Shown: positions 8,109 to 19,096 of the stretch, piece by piece
Position numbering within the stretch: position 1 is the first letter of the stretch
How the letters are laid out: the number at the start of each line of letters is the position of its first letter
NCBI RefSeq assembly: GCF_000025925.1
Contig: NC_014033.1
Coordinates: 3,300,001 to 3,332,000 of the forward strand
Length of the DNA: 32,000 nt
Origin: Xylanibacter ruminicola 23
Lineage (GTDB): Bacteria; Bacteroidota; Bacteroidia; Bacteroidales; Bacteroidaceae
Reading direction: 5' to 3'
Notes under the pieces: generated by a model
The model's input: the letters and a program-made list of their open reading frames with translations, nothing else
Database searches by the model: none
Told to the model about the DNA's origin: nothing
Made by a program: the position numbers and the translations under genes

Positions 8109-10286
8109 ATGAAACGTATATTTACTCTGATTACAATTCTATGTGCGCTTGGCGCAGGAGCTCAGGGAGTCAAGCCATTGCCCTCGCTCCATACTGAAGG
8201 AAGATGGCTTGTTGACAAACATGGAAACCAAGTGGTGCTCCATGGTGTGATGGATACGCCCAGTAATTATTTTAATGGTGGACGCTGGGAAGGTTCCAAG
8301 GCACTTGGTTGGTGGGACCACTATAATGATACAGGCGTTACCAACTGTCTGGCTTATTTTGAAAAACTATTTAAAGGCATGGAGAAGGCTAAGTGCGATG
8401 TGTTCCGTTTGCACATGGATCCTGCTTGGACCAACGATCCTGCCGATGGCTATGTTTATGCAGGCTCAGTAGGACAGGCTTCCGATGCGTCGGGCGAGGC
8501 AGACATCAAGAAGTTTAATCCCGAGCGCTATCAGAAATACATGCCACAGCTATATCTGAAGTTGGCCGAGATGGCTATGAAATATGGTATGTACGTAGTA
8601 GTACGCCCTCCCGGTGTATGTCCTCATGACTTGAAGGTGGGCGATTATTATAATCAGTATCTGATGTATGTATGGGATGTGTTCTCTCAGCAGGAATTTG
8701 TGAAGGATCATGCCGGTCAGATTAGTATTGAGCTGGCCAACGAACCTGTTAACTTGAGAAATGCCCAGAATCAGGACGATCCCAAAGCGCTCCATGACTA
8801 TTTCCAGCCTATCGTCAATAAGATCCGCGAAAACGGCTTTACGGGTATTATCTGGGCGCCTGGTACTGGATGGCAGGCCAACTATACCAGTTATGCTACT
8901 TATCCTATCGAGGGTGATAACATCGGTTATGCTGTTCATGACTATACTGGATGGTATGGCTGCAGCGATGCCAATCCCGATCCACAGAACAAGATTGAGC
9001 AGTTCCATAAGCAGGTGCCTGTAGTTGATACCAACCCGATTATTATTACCGAGGTTGATTGGAGTCCCGAGAACCCCTCGGCTCAAGGTCATTATAATGA
9101 GCATAACGAGTGGGTACAGCCCAACTATGGTACATGGTCAACAGGTTCTACCTCTAAGTGGGGTAAGGCTTACAAGGCTATGCTCGACTATTATGGTAAT
9201 ATCTCGATGACGCTGTCGGGAACAGGCTGTTTGTTCGATATCGATAAGTTGCTCTCTACGGGCAATGTCTATCCGGCTTTTAATGGTCTTGAAGAGGCCT
9301 GTGGTAAGGCTTGCATGGATTGGTATGCCGAGTATTATACAGTGAACTATCCCCATGCTGACGACGAGGCTGAGACTGGCGACTTCTATACCATCGAATC
9401 GCTGAAGGCTGATCAGGAGTCATTCGATTTGATGATTGGCGATAAGACCAAGATCTTGCTGAATGTGCTCTATCGCGATGGCCATACGAAGGATATCTCT
9501 GATGTGGCCACCTATGAAGTAGATGAGCCCTCGGTGGTTGAAGTCAAGAAAGGTTCTATACGTGCATTGGCCAATGGCGAAGCCCAGGTACAGGCCTCAT
9601 ATACCGATGTGCAGGGTATCATTTGGAAGAAATCGTTTGTGGTTAAGGTTACCGGTCTTGATTTAGGCGCCCTGACAGCTTTGAGCAGTCTTTCGGATAT
9701 AACCGACCAGCCTTTTGCTATCGTGAATAAGGAGAGTCAGAAGATGTTTTATGGTCCTGAGAATCAGAATCTTGACATGGGCGATCCTCTGGGCGTCATC
9801 AATAACAAGAGTATCAGCGGTTATATGTTTAAGGCCGAGGCTATTTCTGGTCGTGATGGTTGTTATCTGTTGCGTTTGATGACGTTGAACGGTAGCGAAT
9901 ACAGCGTTTATGGCAAGCCAGGCTATCTTAATTCTCAGCCAACAACAGGCTGGTGTAGCTTTATTCTCGGTTTGAACAACCAGAATGGCGAAGATGTCAA
10001 AGATGGCGCTGTGTGGGAAATAAAATATGAGAGTGGCAAGGGCTTTACATTGAAGAATATGGCTACGGGCAAATACCTGAAGGATGCAGCCCCAGCCAAA
10101 TACGATGCGCCAGCCTATTTCGACTTCCTGAAGTCCAGCGTTACAGCGGGTATTCATAAGGTAGAGCGTTCTGTGGATAACGATGCTGTTTATACGCTTC
10201 AGGGCATCAAGATAGCAACCCTTCAGCAGTGGGATGCGCTGCCTCGTGGCATCTACATCGTTGGTGGAAAGAAAAAACTTAAATAA
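8109..10286 (+). CDS. Secreted multi-domain GH5 (clan GH-A) glycoside hydrolase: GH5 catalytic domain, Big_2-like domain, unassigned module and a T9SS-type C-terminal sorting tail
   Basis: The track start at 8106 is a TTG; the ATG at 8109 gives MKRIFTLITILCALGAGAQG, a type I signal peptide. The GH5 acid/base motif ELANEP has its Glu codon at 8742-8744. The candidate nucleophile motif IIITEVDWS has its Glu codon at 9051-9053. A Big_2-like stretch (ATYEVDEPSVVEVKKGSIRALANGEAQVQASYTD) lies at about 9385-9650. The C-terminal tail (AVYTLQGIKIATLQQWDALPRGIYIVGGKKKLK) resembles Por/T9SS sorting domains. The GH5 subfamily and substrate cannot be determined by eye. Confidence 0.85.
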   Translation: MKRIFTLITILCALGAGAQGVKPLPSLHTEGRWLVDKHGNQVVLHGVMDTPSNYFNGGRWEGSKALGWWDHYNDTGVTNCLAYFEKLFKGMEKAKCDVFRLHMDPAWTNDPADGYVYAGSVGQASDASGEADIKKFNPERYQKYMPQLYLKLAEMAMKYGMYVVVRPPGVCPHDLKVGDYYNQYLMYVWDVFSQQEFVKDHAGQISIELANEPVNLRNAQNQDDPKALHDYFQPIVNKIRENGFTGIIWAPGTGWQANYTSYATYPIEGDNIGYAVHDYTGWYGCSDANPDPQNKIEQFHKQVPVVDTNPIIITEVDWSPENPSAQGHYNEHNEWVQPNYGTWSTGSTSKWGKAYKAMLDYYGNISMTLSGTGCLFDIDKLLSTGNVYPAFNGLEEACGKACMDWYAEYYTVNYPHADDEAETGDFYTIESLKADQESFDLMIGDKTKILLNVLYRDGHTKDISDVATYEVDEPSVVEVKKGSIRALANGEAQVQASYTDVQGIIWKKSFVVKVTGLDLGALTALSSLSDITDQPFAIVNKESQKMFYGPENQNLDMGDPLGVINNKSISGYMFKAEAISGRDGCYLLRLMTLNGSEYSVYGKPGYLNSQPTTGWCSFILGLNNQNGEDVKDGAVWEIKYESGKGFTLKNMATGKYLKDAAPAKYDAPAYFDFLKSSVTAGIHKVERSVDNDAVYTLQGIKIATLQQWDALPRGIYIVGGKKKLK

Positions 10287-10289
10287 TAA

Positions 10290-12326
<2,037 letters not shown>

Positions 12327-12349
12327 CCAATTTCCCCAAACCTAACATC

Positions 12350-12390
12350 GCGCCCCTCCCGAGTCACATCGAGAGGGGCGCTTATTATGG
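12350..12390 (+). terminator. GC-rich hairpin, a possible (leaky) terminator after the GH5-esterase operon
   Basis: A 13-bp stem with one mismatch pairs gcgcccctcccga (12350-12362) with tcgagaggggcgc (12369-12381). The tail that follows, ttattatgg, is U-poor. Confidence 0.45.
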
Positions 12391-12470
12391 TTATAAAGAA
12401 AAATGTGGAAATTAACCGTGTTTTGGACAAAAATGGCAGAGGATAGGACTGCTATTATTTTTAAAAGACA

Positions 12471-12478
12471 GATATTTG
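12471..12478 (+). promoter_or_regulatory. -7-like promoter box (GATATTTG) for the second SusC/SusD pair
   Basis: ATATTTGCAACCAGAA matches the box upstream of the first susC-like gene at 15 of 16 positions. It matches 5 of the 6 specified TAnnTTTG positions. It lies about 90 nt upstream of the ATG at 12569. Confidence 0.4.
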
Positions 12479-12568
12479 CAACCAGAATTCCAAATTCACC
12501 AACTCGTAAATTCAACACTATACTTATTACTTAATATTTAATTATTAACACATTAACTAATTAACATT

Positions 12569-15500
12569 ATGTACAAACGCGAAAGAAAAGTCTCGAAGAC
12601 GATGTGTTCTTCGCTATTACTACTTTCTGCTGGTGCAATGACATTCGGTTCTCCAGTCAGTGTTCTAGCTAACTCAGTTTCCCAACCGTTGACAGAGGTA
12701 ACATCTGTTCAACAGCAAAAAAAGGTGATCATTACCGTCGTTGATGGCCAGAATGAGCCGGTTGTTGGCGCCAGTGTGATGATGATGTCTTCTAAAACAG
12801 GTGTCATTACCGATATTAACGGCCGGTGCGACATCGATGCAGCTTCTGGCGACGAGATACGAGTGTCGTCTATTGGCTATGTTGCCCAAACCATAAAACT
12901 CGGTAAAGGTGGCTCGCAGCGAATCGTACTCCTGGAGGATAAACAACTCCTGGATGAGGTGGTTGTGGTAGGTTATGGTACGATGCGTAAGTCCGACCTT
13001 ACAGGTTCGTCTTCTACGACCAAGGGCTCTGAAATCTTGAAAATGCAGGGTTTCAATGCCTTGGAAGGTTTAAAAGGTAAGGCTGCGGGTGTAAACATCT
13101 TTAATAACACCGGTCAGCCTGGTGGCGAGATGCGTGTTATTATCCGTGGTATCTCAACTATCAATGCCTCTTCTAGTCCATTGTATATCGTAGATGGTGT
13201 TGCCATGACTGATTTCCAGTTCCTCAACCCTAATGATATCGAGAGTATCGAGGTGCTTAAAGATGCCTCTTCGGCGGCTATCTATGGTGCCCGTGGTGCC
13301 AATGGTGTTATTATGGTAACCACCAAACGTGGTAATGCCGGTAAGGGAGCGCACATCAAGTATGATGGCTCGTTTTCGGTAAGCAGTATGGCCCGAAAGA
13401 TGGATGTCATGAATGCTTCTGAGTGGATGAGCGCTTTCAAGCAAGGTCTTGAGAATGCTAATCAGTTCCAGGGCATGAACTTTGATACCGACCTGTCGAA
13501 GATATTCACCGATACCCGTTATTTTGATAGCAATGGTAATCCGCTTTATGATACCGATTGGCAGGACGAGTGTTCTCGTGTAGCCGTATCTCATAACCAT
13601 GAGCTGAGTATCCAACGCTCTGGCGAGAATGGCTCTTCGGTTGGTGCATTCCTTAACTTTACCGATCAGCAGGGTATTCTTCTCAATACTTATTATAAGC
13701 GTGTAAATGCAAAACTGGCCTACGATGATAACCCAACTAAGTGGCTTTCTACAGGATTGAATCTGTTGGTGAACCACTCATGGGGTAATCATACCTCCGA
13801 CAATCCCTATGGACAGGGTGCTCTGCGCACGATGATTGAGCAGTTGCCTTGGTTGCCTGTACAGCTTAATGGTGAGTATGTACAGAATAACATGATTAAT
13901 ACAACAGGTATACTTAAAGATAAGGATAACCCCAATAGCGGTTATCAGACATTCTCTCCCGAGGGTGTTGCCAACCCAGTAGAGTTGCTTGAGCGTGTAC
14001 AGGTTATACAGTATAAGACTCAGATCTTCGGAAATGCTGCTCTTACTTTCCACCTGGCTAAGGGATTGGATTTGAGAACCCAGTTAGGTATCGACTACCA
14101 TAATAACCGCAGTAAGGGATATACACCTTTCCAACCACATCAGCTTATCGACCAAGGTGCCTCTCAGGGTGCAGCTTCTGCAGGTAACTCAAACTCACTT
14201 TATTGGCAGGAAGAAACCTATCTTACTTATGTAAACGACTTTGGGAAACATCATCTGAATGCCATGGCTGGTGCTTCTTGGCAGGCACGCAAATATGATT
14301 ATTTCGGTGCTTCCGACAATACCTTTACCGACGATTACTATGGCTACTATAACCTAGGTTCTGGCACATTGAAGCCATCTGTTGGCTCCGACTACGATAA
14401 GTGGGCCATGAACTCATACTTCTTACGCTTGGCCTATAACTACAATAATACCTATATGGCTACTGTAACGGGTCGTTATGATGGTTCTTCTAAGTTTGGT
14501 CAGAACAACAAGTATGCTTTCTTCCCATCAGTGGGCTTAGGATGGTTAGCCTCGAACGAGAGTTTTTTGAAGGATATTGAGACCATCAGCAAGTTAAAGC
14601 TTCATACCTCATTTGGTATGACGGGTAACTCTGAGATTGGTACCTATCGTTCTCTGGCTACTGTCAGTCAGTCAACCACTATCTTAGGTGGTAAGATGGT
14701 AACCGTTTCTTATCTTGACAATATGCCTAATGCCAACCTGAAGTGGGAGAAGACAGCACAGTGGGATTTAGGCTTCGAACTGGGTTTATTCAAGAATCGT
14801 TTGAATTTTGACATCTCTTACTACTATAAGTACACCTCTGATCTGCTCTTGAATCGTCCTGTTCCCGAGTCAACAGGTTATTCTTCGATTATGGACAACA
14901 TTGGTGCCGTATCTAACCACGGTTTTGATATTCTGGTAACAGCTTATCCTATTCAGACTAAAGACTTCCAGTGGACCTCTACTTTGAACCTGGGCTTTAA
15001 TAAGAATAAGGTGGAGAAACTCGATGAGGGTGCTTCTGTTGATCCAGTCAGCGGAAAACGTCAGATTCTTACAGATGGCTTTGTAGGTTACGATATGCTT
15101 ATCCGCGAAGGCGAAGCGCTTTCTACTTTCTATGGTTACAAGCGCGCTGGTATCTACGATGGTCACCCCGAGAACTGGGATGCCAGTACGATGAATATCC
15201 CATCTATTGTAGGCGAAAAGGTTACTTATAAGCAGCGTCAGATTCTGGGTAATGGTCTGCCTGATTGGACAGGTTCTTTCATCAATACCTTCAACTACAA
15301 GAATTTCGACCTTACGCTTGATCTTCAGTTCTCAATGGGTGCAGATATTATGCAGGAGTACTATCACTCTACCTTGGCTCGTTTCCTTACCAATGGTCTC
15401 GATCGTTTATACGAGGAGGCTTGGCATCCAGTAAACAATCCCAATGGGGTAGAGCAGGCCTTGCGTTTGAATAACTTCGGTATGGGCGCCAACAATCAGG

Positions 15501-15778
15501 CCGATTCCGACTGGGTTTGTGATGGTTCTTACTTGCGTTTTAATCTCTTGCAACTTGGTTATACCTTCTCTGGTTCTGCTTGCCGAACTCTTGGTATTTC
15601 AGCTTTGCGCCTGTATGCTAACCTGAACAACTTCTGGCTCATCTGCTCCGACGATTATAAGGGTTACGATCCAGATAACTCAACACGTCTGGGTAGTAAT
15701 AACTGGGGTGCCAACCGTCAGTTCTTCTCTTATCCTCGTCCAAAAACGTTCTCTTTTGGTGTTAATGTAACTTTCTAA
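12569..15778 (+). CDS. SusC/RagA-family TonB-dependent outer-membrane transporter
   Basis: This 1069-aa ORF has a carboxypeptidase-regulatory-like N-terminus (ITVVDGQNEPVVGASVMMMSSKTGVITDINGRCDI). It carries a TonB box/plug (EVVVVGYGTMRKSDLTGSS, IESIEVLKDASSAAIYGARGANGVIMVTTKRG) and a C-terminal FGVNVTF. It has no STN extension. Confidence 0.92.
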   Translation: MYKRERKVSKTMCSSLLLLSAGAMTFGSPVSVLANSVSQPLTEVTSVQQQKKVIITVVDGQNEPVVGASVMMMSSKTGVITDINGRCDIDAASGDEIRVSSIGYVAQTIKLGKGGSQRIVLLEDKQLLDEVVVVGYGTMRKSDLTGSSSTTKGSEILKMQGFNALEGLKGKAAGVNIFNNTGQPGGEMRVIIRGISTINASSSPLYIVDGVAMTDFQFLNPNDIESIEVLKDASSAAIYGARGANGVIMVTTKRGNAGKGAHIKYDGSFSVSSMARKMDVMNASEWMSAFKQGLENANQFQGMNFDTDLSKIFTDTRYFDSNGNPLYDTDWQDECSRVAVSHNHELSIQRSGENGSSVGAFLNFTDQQGILLNTYYKRVNAKLAYDDNPTKWLSTGLNLLVNHSWGNHTSDNPYGQGALRTMIEQLPWLPVQLNGEYVQNNMINTTGILKDKDNPNSGYQTFSPEGVANPVELLERVQVIQYKTQIFGNAALTFHLAKGLDLRTQLGIDYHNNRSKGYTPFQPHQLIDQGASQGAASAGNSNSLYWQEETYLTYVNDFGKHHLNAMAGASWQARKYDYFGASDNTFTDDYYGYYNLGSGTLKPSVGSDYDKWAMNSYFLRLAYNYNNTYMATVTGRYDGSSKFGQNNKYAFFPSVGLGWLASNESFLKDIETISKLKLHTSFGMTGNSEIGTYRSLATVSQSTTILGGKMVTVSYLDNMPNANLKWEKTAQWDLGFELGLFKNRLNFDISYYYKYTSDLLLNRPVPESTGYSSIMDNIGAVSNHGFDILVTAYPIQTKDFQWTSTLNLGFNKNKVEKLDEGASVDPVSGKRQILTDGFVGYDMLIREGEALSTFYGYKRAGIYDGHPENWDASTMNIPSIVGEKVTYKQRQILGNGLPDWTGSFINTFNYKNFDLTLDLQFSMGADIMQEYYHSTLARFLTNGLDRLYEEAWHPVNNPNGVEQALRLNNFGMGANNQADSDWVCDGSYLRFNLLQLGYTFSGSACRTLGISALRLYANLNNFWLICSDDYKGYDPDNSTRLGSNNWGANRQFFSYPRPKTFSFGVNVTF

Positions 15779-15799
15779 ACAACTTATTGTAACTGTTTT

Positions 15800-17413
15800 A
15801 TGAAAACAATAAAATATATCATATATGGAATGATGGCAAGTGCCACATTCGGTCTTACTTCTTGTGACGAATTCCTGGAAGAAAAGCCATTGGATCAGAA
15901 ATCGTCAAGCCAGTTCTGGCAGTCAAAGGAAGATGCGCAGACAGGTGTTGATGCGCTTTATTTCGGTGGCGTACCTTATTTGAATCAGAATGGTGGTGGT
16001 TGGCAGCCCAAAGCCACGATGTACGGTGGTATTATCTCAGGTTTGTTCTACGACGACCATGGCGACTCACAGTTGGCCGAAGCTGCGAAGGCATGTACCT
16101 ATACCTTGGAGAAGTTTTCCAGTCCTGCCATGTCATTGTGGCATGAGTTCTACAAAGGTATCTCCCGTGCCAATTTCGTGTTGGCCAATGTGCCCAAGAT
16201 GACCGATGTGCTCGATCAGGCTACTATCGACAACTATGTGGCCGAGGGTAAATTCTTCCGTGCTTATGCCTATTTCTATTTAGTAAAGGAGTTTGGCGAT
16301 GTGCCTTATGTGGATGAGCCATACACATCTACCGATGGCATGTTCAAAGAGCGTAACTCTGCTGCCGAAGTCTATCAGCATATCATCGACGACCTGACTG
16401 ATATCGCTACGGGAACGGCCCTTCCCAACAAGTCGTTCTACGATAATGGCTGTCGTGTAACCCGTGCTATGGCACAGACCCTTCTGGCTCAGGTATATCT
16501 TCAGCGTGCCGGTTTCCCCATGAATGGTGGTGCCGAAGATTACAAAAAGGCTGCCCAGATGGCCGAGATGGTGATTGATGGTGGTACTGCTGTACTGGAG
16601 CAGGCAAATGGCAGTTCCGACGATCTGAACTCAGCTTATAATGTGATTAAGACCTCTAAGACTTCTAAGGAAATCATCTTTGCTAAGGAGTACGATTATT
16701 CAAATAATAATATAGGTAACGGGTATGTTAATCTCAGTATCGGTTCCGACGCTACCACCTGGAAGGATGCCAATGGTAATCAGGTGTTCAGCATGAACGT
16801 GTTACATAAGGCCTACCATCCATGTGATATGATTTTCAAGAGTTATGCTCCCGAGGATATCAGAAGTCACGAGAAGCAGTTCTTCTTCAATACCTATACT
16901 GATAAGACTGGTGTGGAGCATACGCTCAACTATACCGGTATCTGGTCGTGGTTTGATGAGGATGCCATCATCAAGAACCACGGTGGCGACTATAATATTC
17001 CTACCATGCGTTATGCCGAGGTTCTGCTGATAGCTGCCGAGGGTCATGCCCGTACCGGCAATACCGCCAAAGCACAGGAGTATCTGAATCAGGTGCGTAA
17101 ACGTGCTGGTTTGACTGCCGAGACAGCAACTGGCGATGAACTTGTTACAGCTATCTTGACAGAACGTCTGCACGAGTTCCCTGTTGAATTCAAAGTATGG
17201 GATGATATCCGTCGTACCCGTTTGTATCCAGAAGCTGCTGGCGATTATTCTGGAAAACTCAATTGGGTTGCGCTCTCAGGTGCGAAGATCCAGAATAAAC
17301 CTGTAGATAATGTTAAGATTGGTGCTATTCCTGAGTGGGTTCTCCTTTGGCCTATCCCACAGGATGAAATTCAACACAATCCTGCTCTTACACAGAATCC
17401 TGGTTGGGAGTAA
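15800..17413 (+). CDS. SusD/RagB-family outer-membrane glycan-binding lipoprotein
   Basis: This 537-aa ORF lies 21 nt after the SusC-like gene. It has a lipobox (ATFGLTSC) followed by DEFLEEK. SusD-like motifs are present (GISRANFVLANV, FFRAYAYFYLVKEFGDVPY, RLHEFPVEFKVWDDIRR, WPIPQDEI). Confidence 0.9.
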   Translation: MKTIKYIIYGMMASATFGLTSCDEFLEEKPLDQKSSSQFWQSKEDAQTGVDALYFGGVPYLNQNGGGWQPKATMYGGIISGLFYDDHGDSQLAEAAKACTYTLEKFSSPAMSLWHEFYKGISRANFVLANVPKMTDVLDQATIDNYVAEGKFFRAYAYFYLVKEFGDVPYVDEPYTSTDGMFKERNSAAEVYQHIIDDLTDIATGTALPNKSFYDNGCRVTRAMAQTLLAQVYLQRAGFPMNGGAEDYKKAAQMAEMVIDGGTAVLEQANGSSDDLNSAYNVIKTSKTSKEIIFAKEYDYSNNNIGNGYVNLSIGSDATTWKDANGNQVFSMNVLHKAYHPCDMIFKSYAPEDIRSHEKQFFFNTYTDKTGVEHTLNYTGIWSWFDEDAIIKNHGGDYNIPTMRYAEVLLIAAEGHARTGNTAKAQEYLNQVRKRAGLTAETATGDELVTAILTERLHEFPVEFKVWDDIRRTRLYPEAAGDYSGKLNWVALSGAKIQNKPVDNVKIGAIPEWVLLWPIPQDEIQHNPALTQNPGWE

Positions 17414-17415
17414 AT

Positions 17416-17463
17416 AAAAAAGCGATAGCCTATATCACTATAGGCTATCGCAACTTTTTTTTT
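17416..17463. terminator. Bidirectional rho-independent terminator shared by the convergent SusD-like and GH125 genes
   Basis: A perfect 13-bp stem pairs gcgatagcctata (17422-17434) with tataggctatcgc (17439-17451) around a 4-nt loop. It is flanked by A6 (17416-17421) and T9 (17455-17463). Confidence 0.8.
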
Positions 17464-18919
17464 ATTTATGAATGTTTTTGAGCAGGTTCAATTTTCCATC
17501 ATCTATCAGTTTTAGTATCAGCTCACCAAACAAGGTGTTTTGCCAGGCAAACCAGTGGCGACTGTAATTGGCAGCATTGTCCTTGTTGAACGACTCGTGC
17601 ATAAAGCCTGTGCCGGCATCTGTATCAACCAGCATCTGCAGGCACTCCTTAATCTCCTGATCGTCGGTGCTGGTAAAGGCACGCATCATAATCGACATGG
17701 GCCATACCATATCATAGCCTACATGAGGTCCACCGATACCTTCGCCGGCCTTACCACGGAAGAAGTAAGGGTTATCCTCGCTCCATACAAACTTACGGGT
17801 GTTCTGATAGATAGGGTCGTTTACATCCACATCACCTAAGTAAGCCATTGCCAGCAAACTGGGCACGTTAGCATCGTCCATCAGGTGCTGGTTACCAAAG
17901 CCATCCACCTCGAACGCATAAATCTTACCGTATTTAGGATGGTTATAGATAGCATACTTCTGCAGGGCGTCGCTCACTTCGTTGGCCAGGGCTGTGCATT
18001 CGTTGGCAGTCTTACTATCCTTGTTAACCTTGGTCAGAATATCAGCTGCCTTGCGCAGTGAGGTTACGGCAAAGAAGTTGGATGGGATGAGGAAGGGGAA
18101 CACCGTAGCATCGTCGCTGGGACGGAAGATAGAGGCTATCAGACCTACCGGCTTAACAGGGTTGCCATAACCGCCGTGACTCACCGTGTCGTACTGCTGG
18201 GCTGTGGTGCGCATAAAGCGGTAGGGACCGTGTCCCTCCTTGCGCTGCTGCTCACGGAAGGTCTTCAGAATCTTGCCGATGGCTTCCTGCCACAGGCCGC
18301 CAAAAATACTGTCGTCGCCAGTCACCTGCCAGTAGTAATAGGCCAGTCGCAGGGGATAGCACAGCGAGTCGATCTCGTACTTGCGCTCATGCAGGTTGGG
18401 GTTCATCGTGGTGTGGTCGCTGGCCCATTCGCTGCCTGTAGGTCCCATGTTAAAGGCATTGGCATAGGGGTCGATGCAGATACACTTCAACTGGCGTAGG
18501 ATTGTGCCTCGTACCATTTTTCTGATTTTCTTGTCTTTCTTGGCAAACTGTACATAAGGCCACACCTGGGCACCCGAATCGCGCAGCCACATGGCGTGAA
18601 TGTCGCCTGTATATACAAAGGTATCGTCGTCGCCCTCAGCATCCGAGTAGTGTACGGTGGTGTCGAGCGTGTTCGGAAAACAGTTCTCGAACATCCATGC
18701 TAAGTATGGAGCGTCCTTCAGCATCTTTTTTACCTCGGCAATCTTCTTTTCGATGGTGTCTGAGTAAAACAGTCGCTCTTTGGCGGCGGGTCTGCGAGAT
18801 ACTTTTGTGTTGTCGGCTGGAGCGGCAATCGTTTTGCTCCAGTCTTCTATCCCGTCGGCCATAACAGGCACCGATAGCCCTGCCAACAGGATGGTGGTGA
18901 GTAATGTACGTCTGTTCAT
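17462..18919 (-). CDS. GH125-family protein (family of metal-independent exo-alpha-1,6-mannosidases; former DUF1237)
   Basis: This 485-aa ORF has a type I signal peptide (MNRRTLLTTILLAGLSVPVMADG). It carries the family-typical motif YTGDIHAMWLRDSGAQVWPY. Its size and (alpha/alpha)6-like composition fit GH125. Its neighbours are GH92 and GH76 genes. Confidence 0.85.
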   Translation of the reverse strand: MNRRTLLTTILLAGLSVPVMADGIEDWSKTIAAPADNTKVSRRPAAKERLFYSDTIEKKIAEVKKMLKDAPYLAWMFENCFPNTLDTTVHYSDAEGDDDTFVYTGDIHAMWLRDSGAQVWPYVQFAKKDKKIRKMVRGTILRQLKCICIDPYANAFNMGPTGSEWASDHTTMNPNLHERKYEIDSLCYPLRLAYYYWQVTGDDSIFGGLWQEAIGKILKTFREQQRKEGHGPYRFMRTTAQQYDTVSHGGYGNPVKPVGLIASIFRPSDDATVFPFLIPSNFFAVTSLRKAADILTKVNKDSKTANECTALANEVSDALQKYAIYNHPKYGKIYAFEVDGFGNQHLMDDANVPSLLAMAYLGDVDVNDPIYQNTRKFVWSEDNPYFFRGKAGEGIGGPHVGYDMVWPMSIMMRAFTSTDDQEIKECLQMLVDTDAGTGFMHESFNKDNAANYSRHWFAWQNTLFGELILKLIDDGKLNLLKNIHK

Positions 18920-18955
18920 TTTTGTTCTGTTTTTAATGTTTTAATTAGTTGTTTG

Positions 18956-18963
18956 CAAAGATA
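18956..18963 (-). promoter_or_regulatory. -7 promoter box (TATCTTTG) for the GH125 gene
   Basis: The minus strand reads GTATCTTTGCAAAC, a full TAnnTTTG match 37 nt upstream of the ATG at 18919. Confidence 0.5.
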
Positions 18964-19057
18964 CTAATTATAAATAAGCTCCTTGTCGTAATTCCTGTCA
19001 AATCAGTATGTTGTACAATAATTGCAGAAATGAGGACATTGTTTCGTTTCTTTCTGT

Positions 19058-19065
19058 CTACCTTT
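19058..19065 (+). promoter_or_regulatory. -7 promoter box (TACCTTTG) for the GH92-SusC-SusD-SusE-GH76 operon
   Basis: TACCTTTGCC is a full TAnnTTTG match ending 31 nt upstream of the ATG at 19097. It overlaps the longer track ORF start at 19064, which argues against that start. Confidence 0.5.
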
Positions 19066-19096
19066 GCCACACGAAAATAATAAAAACCGTAAAGTG

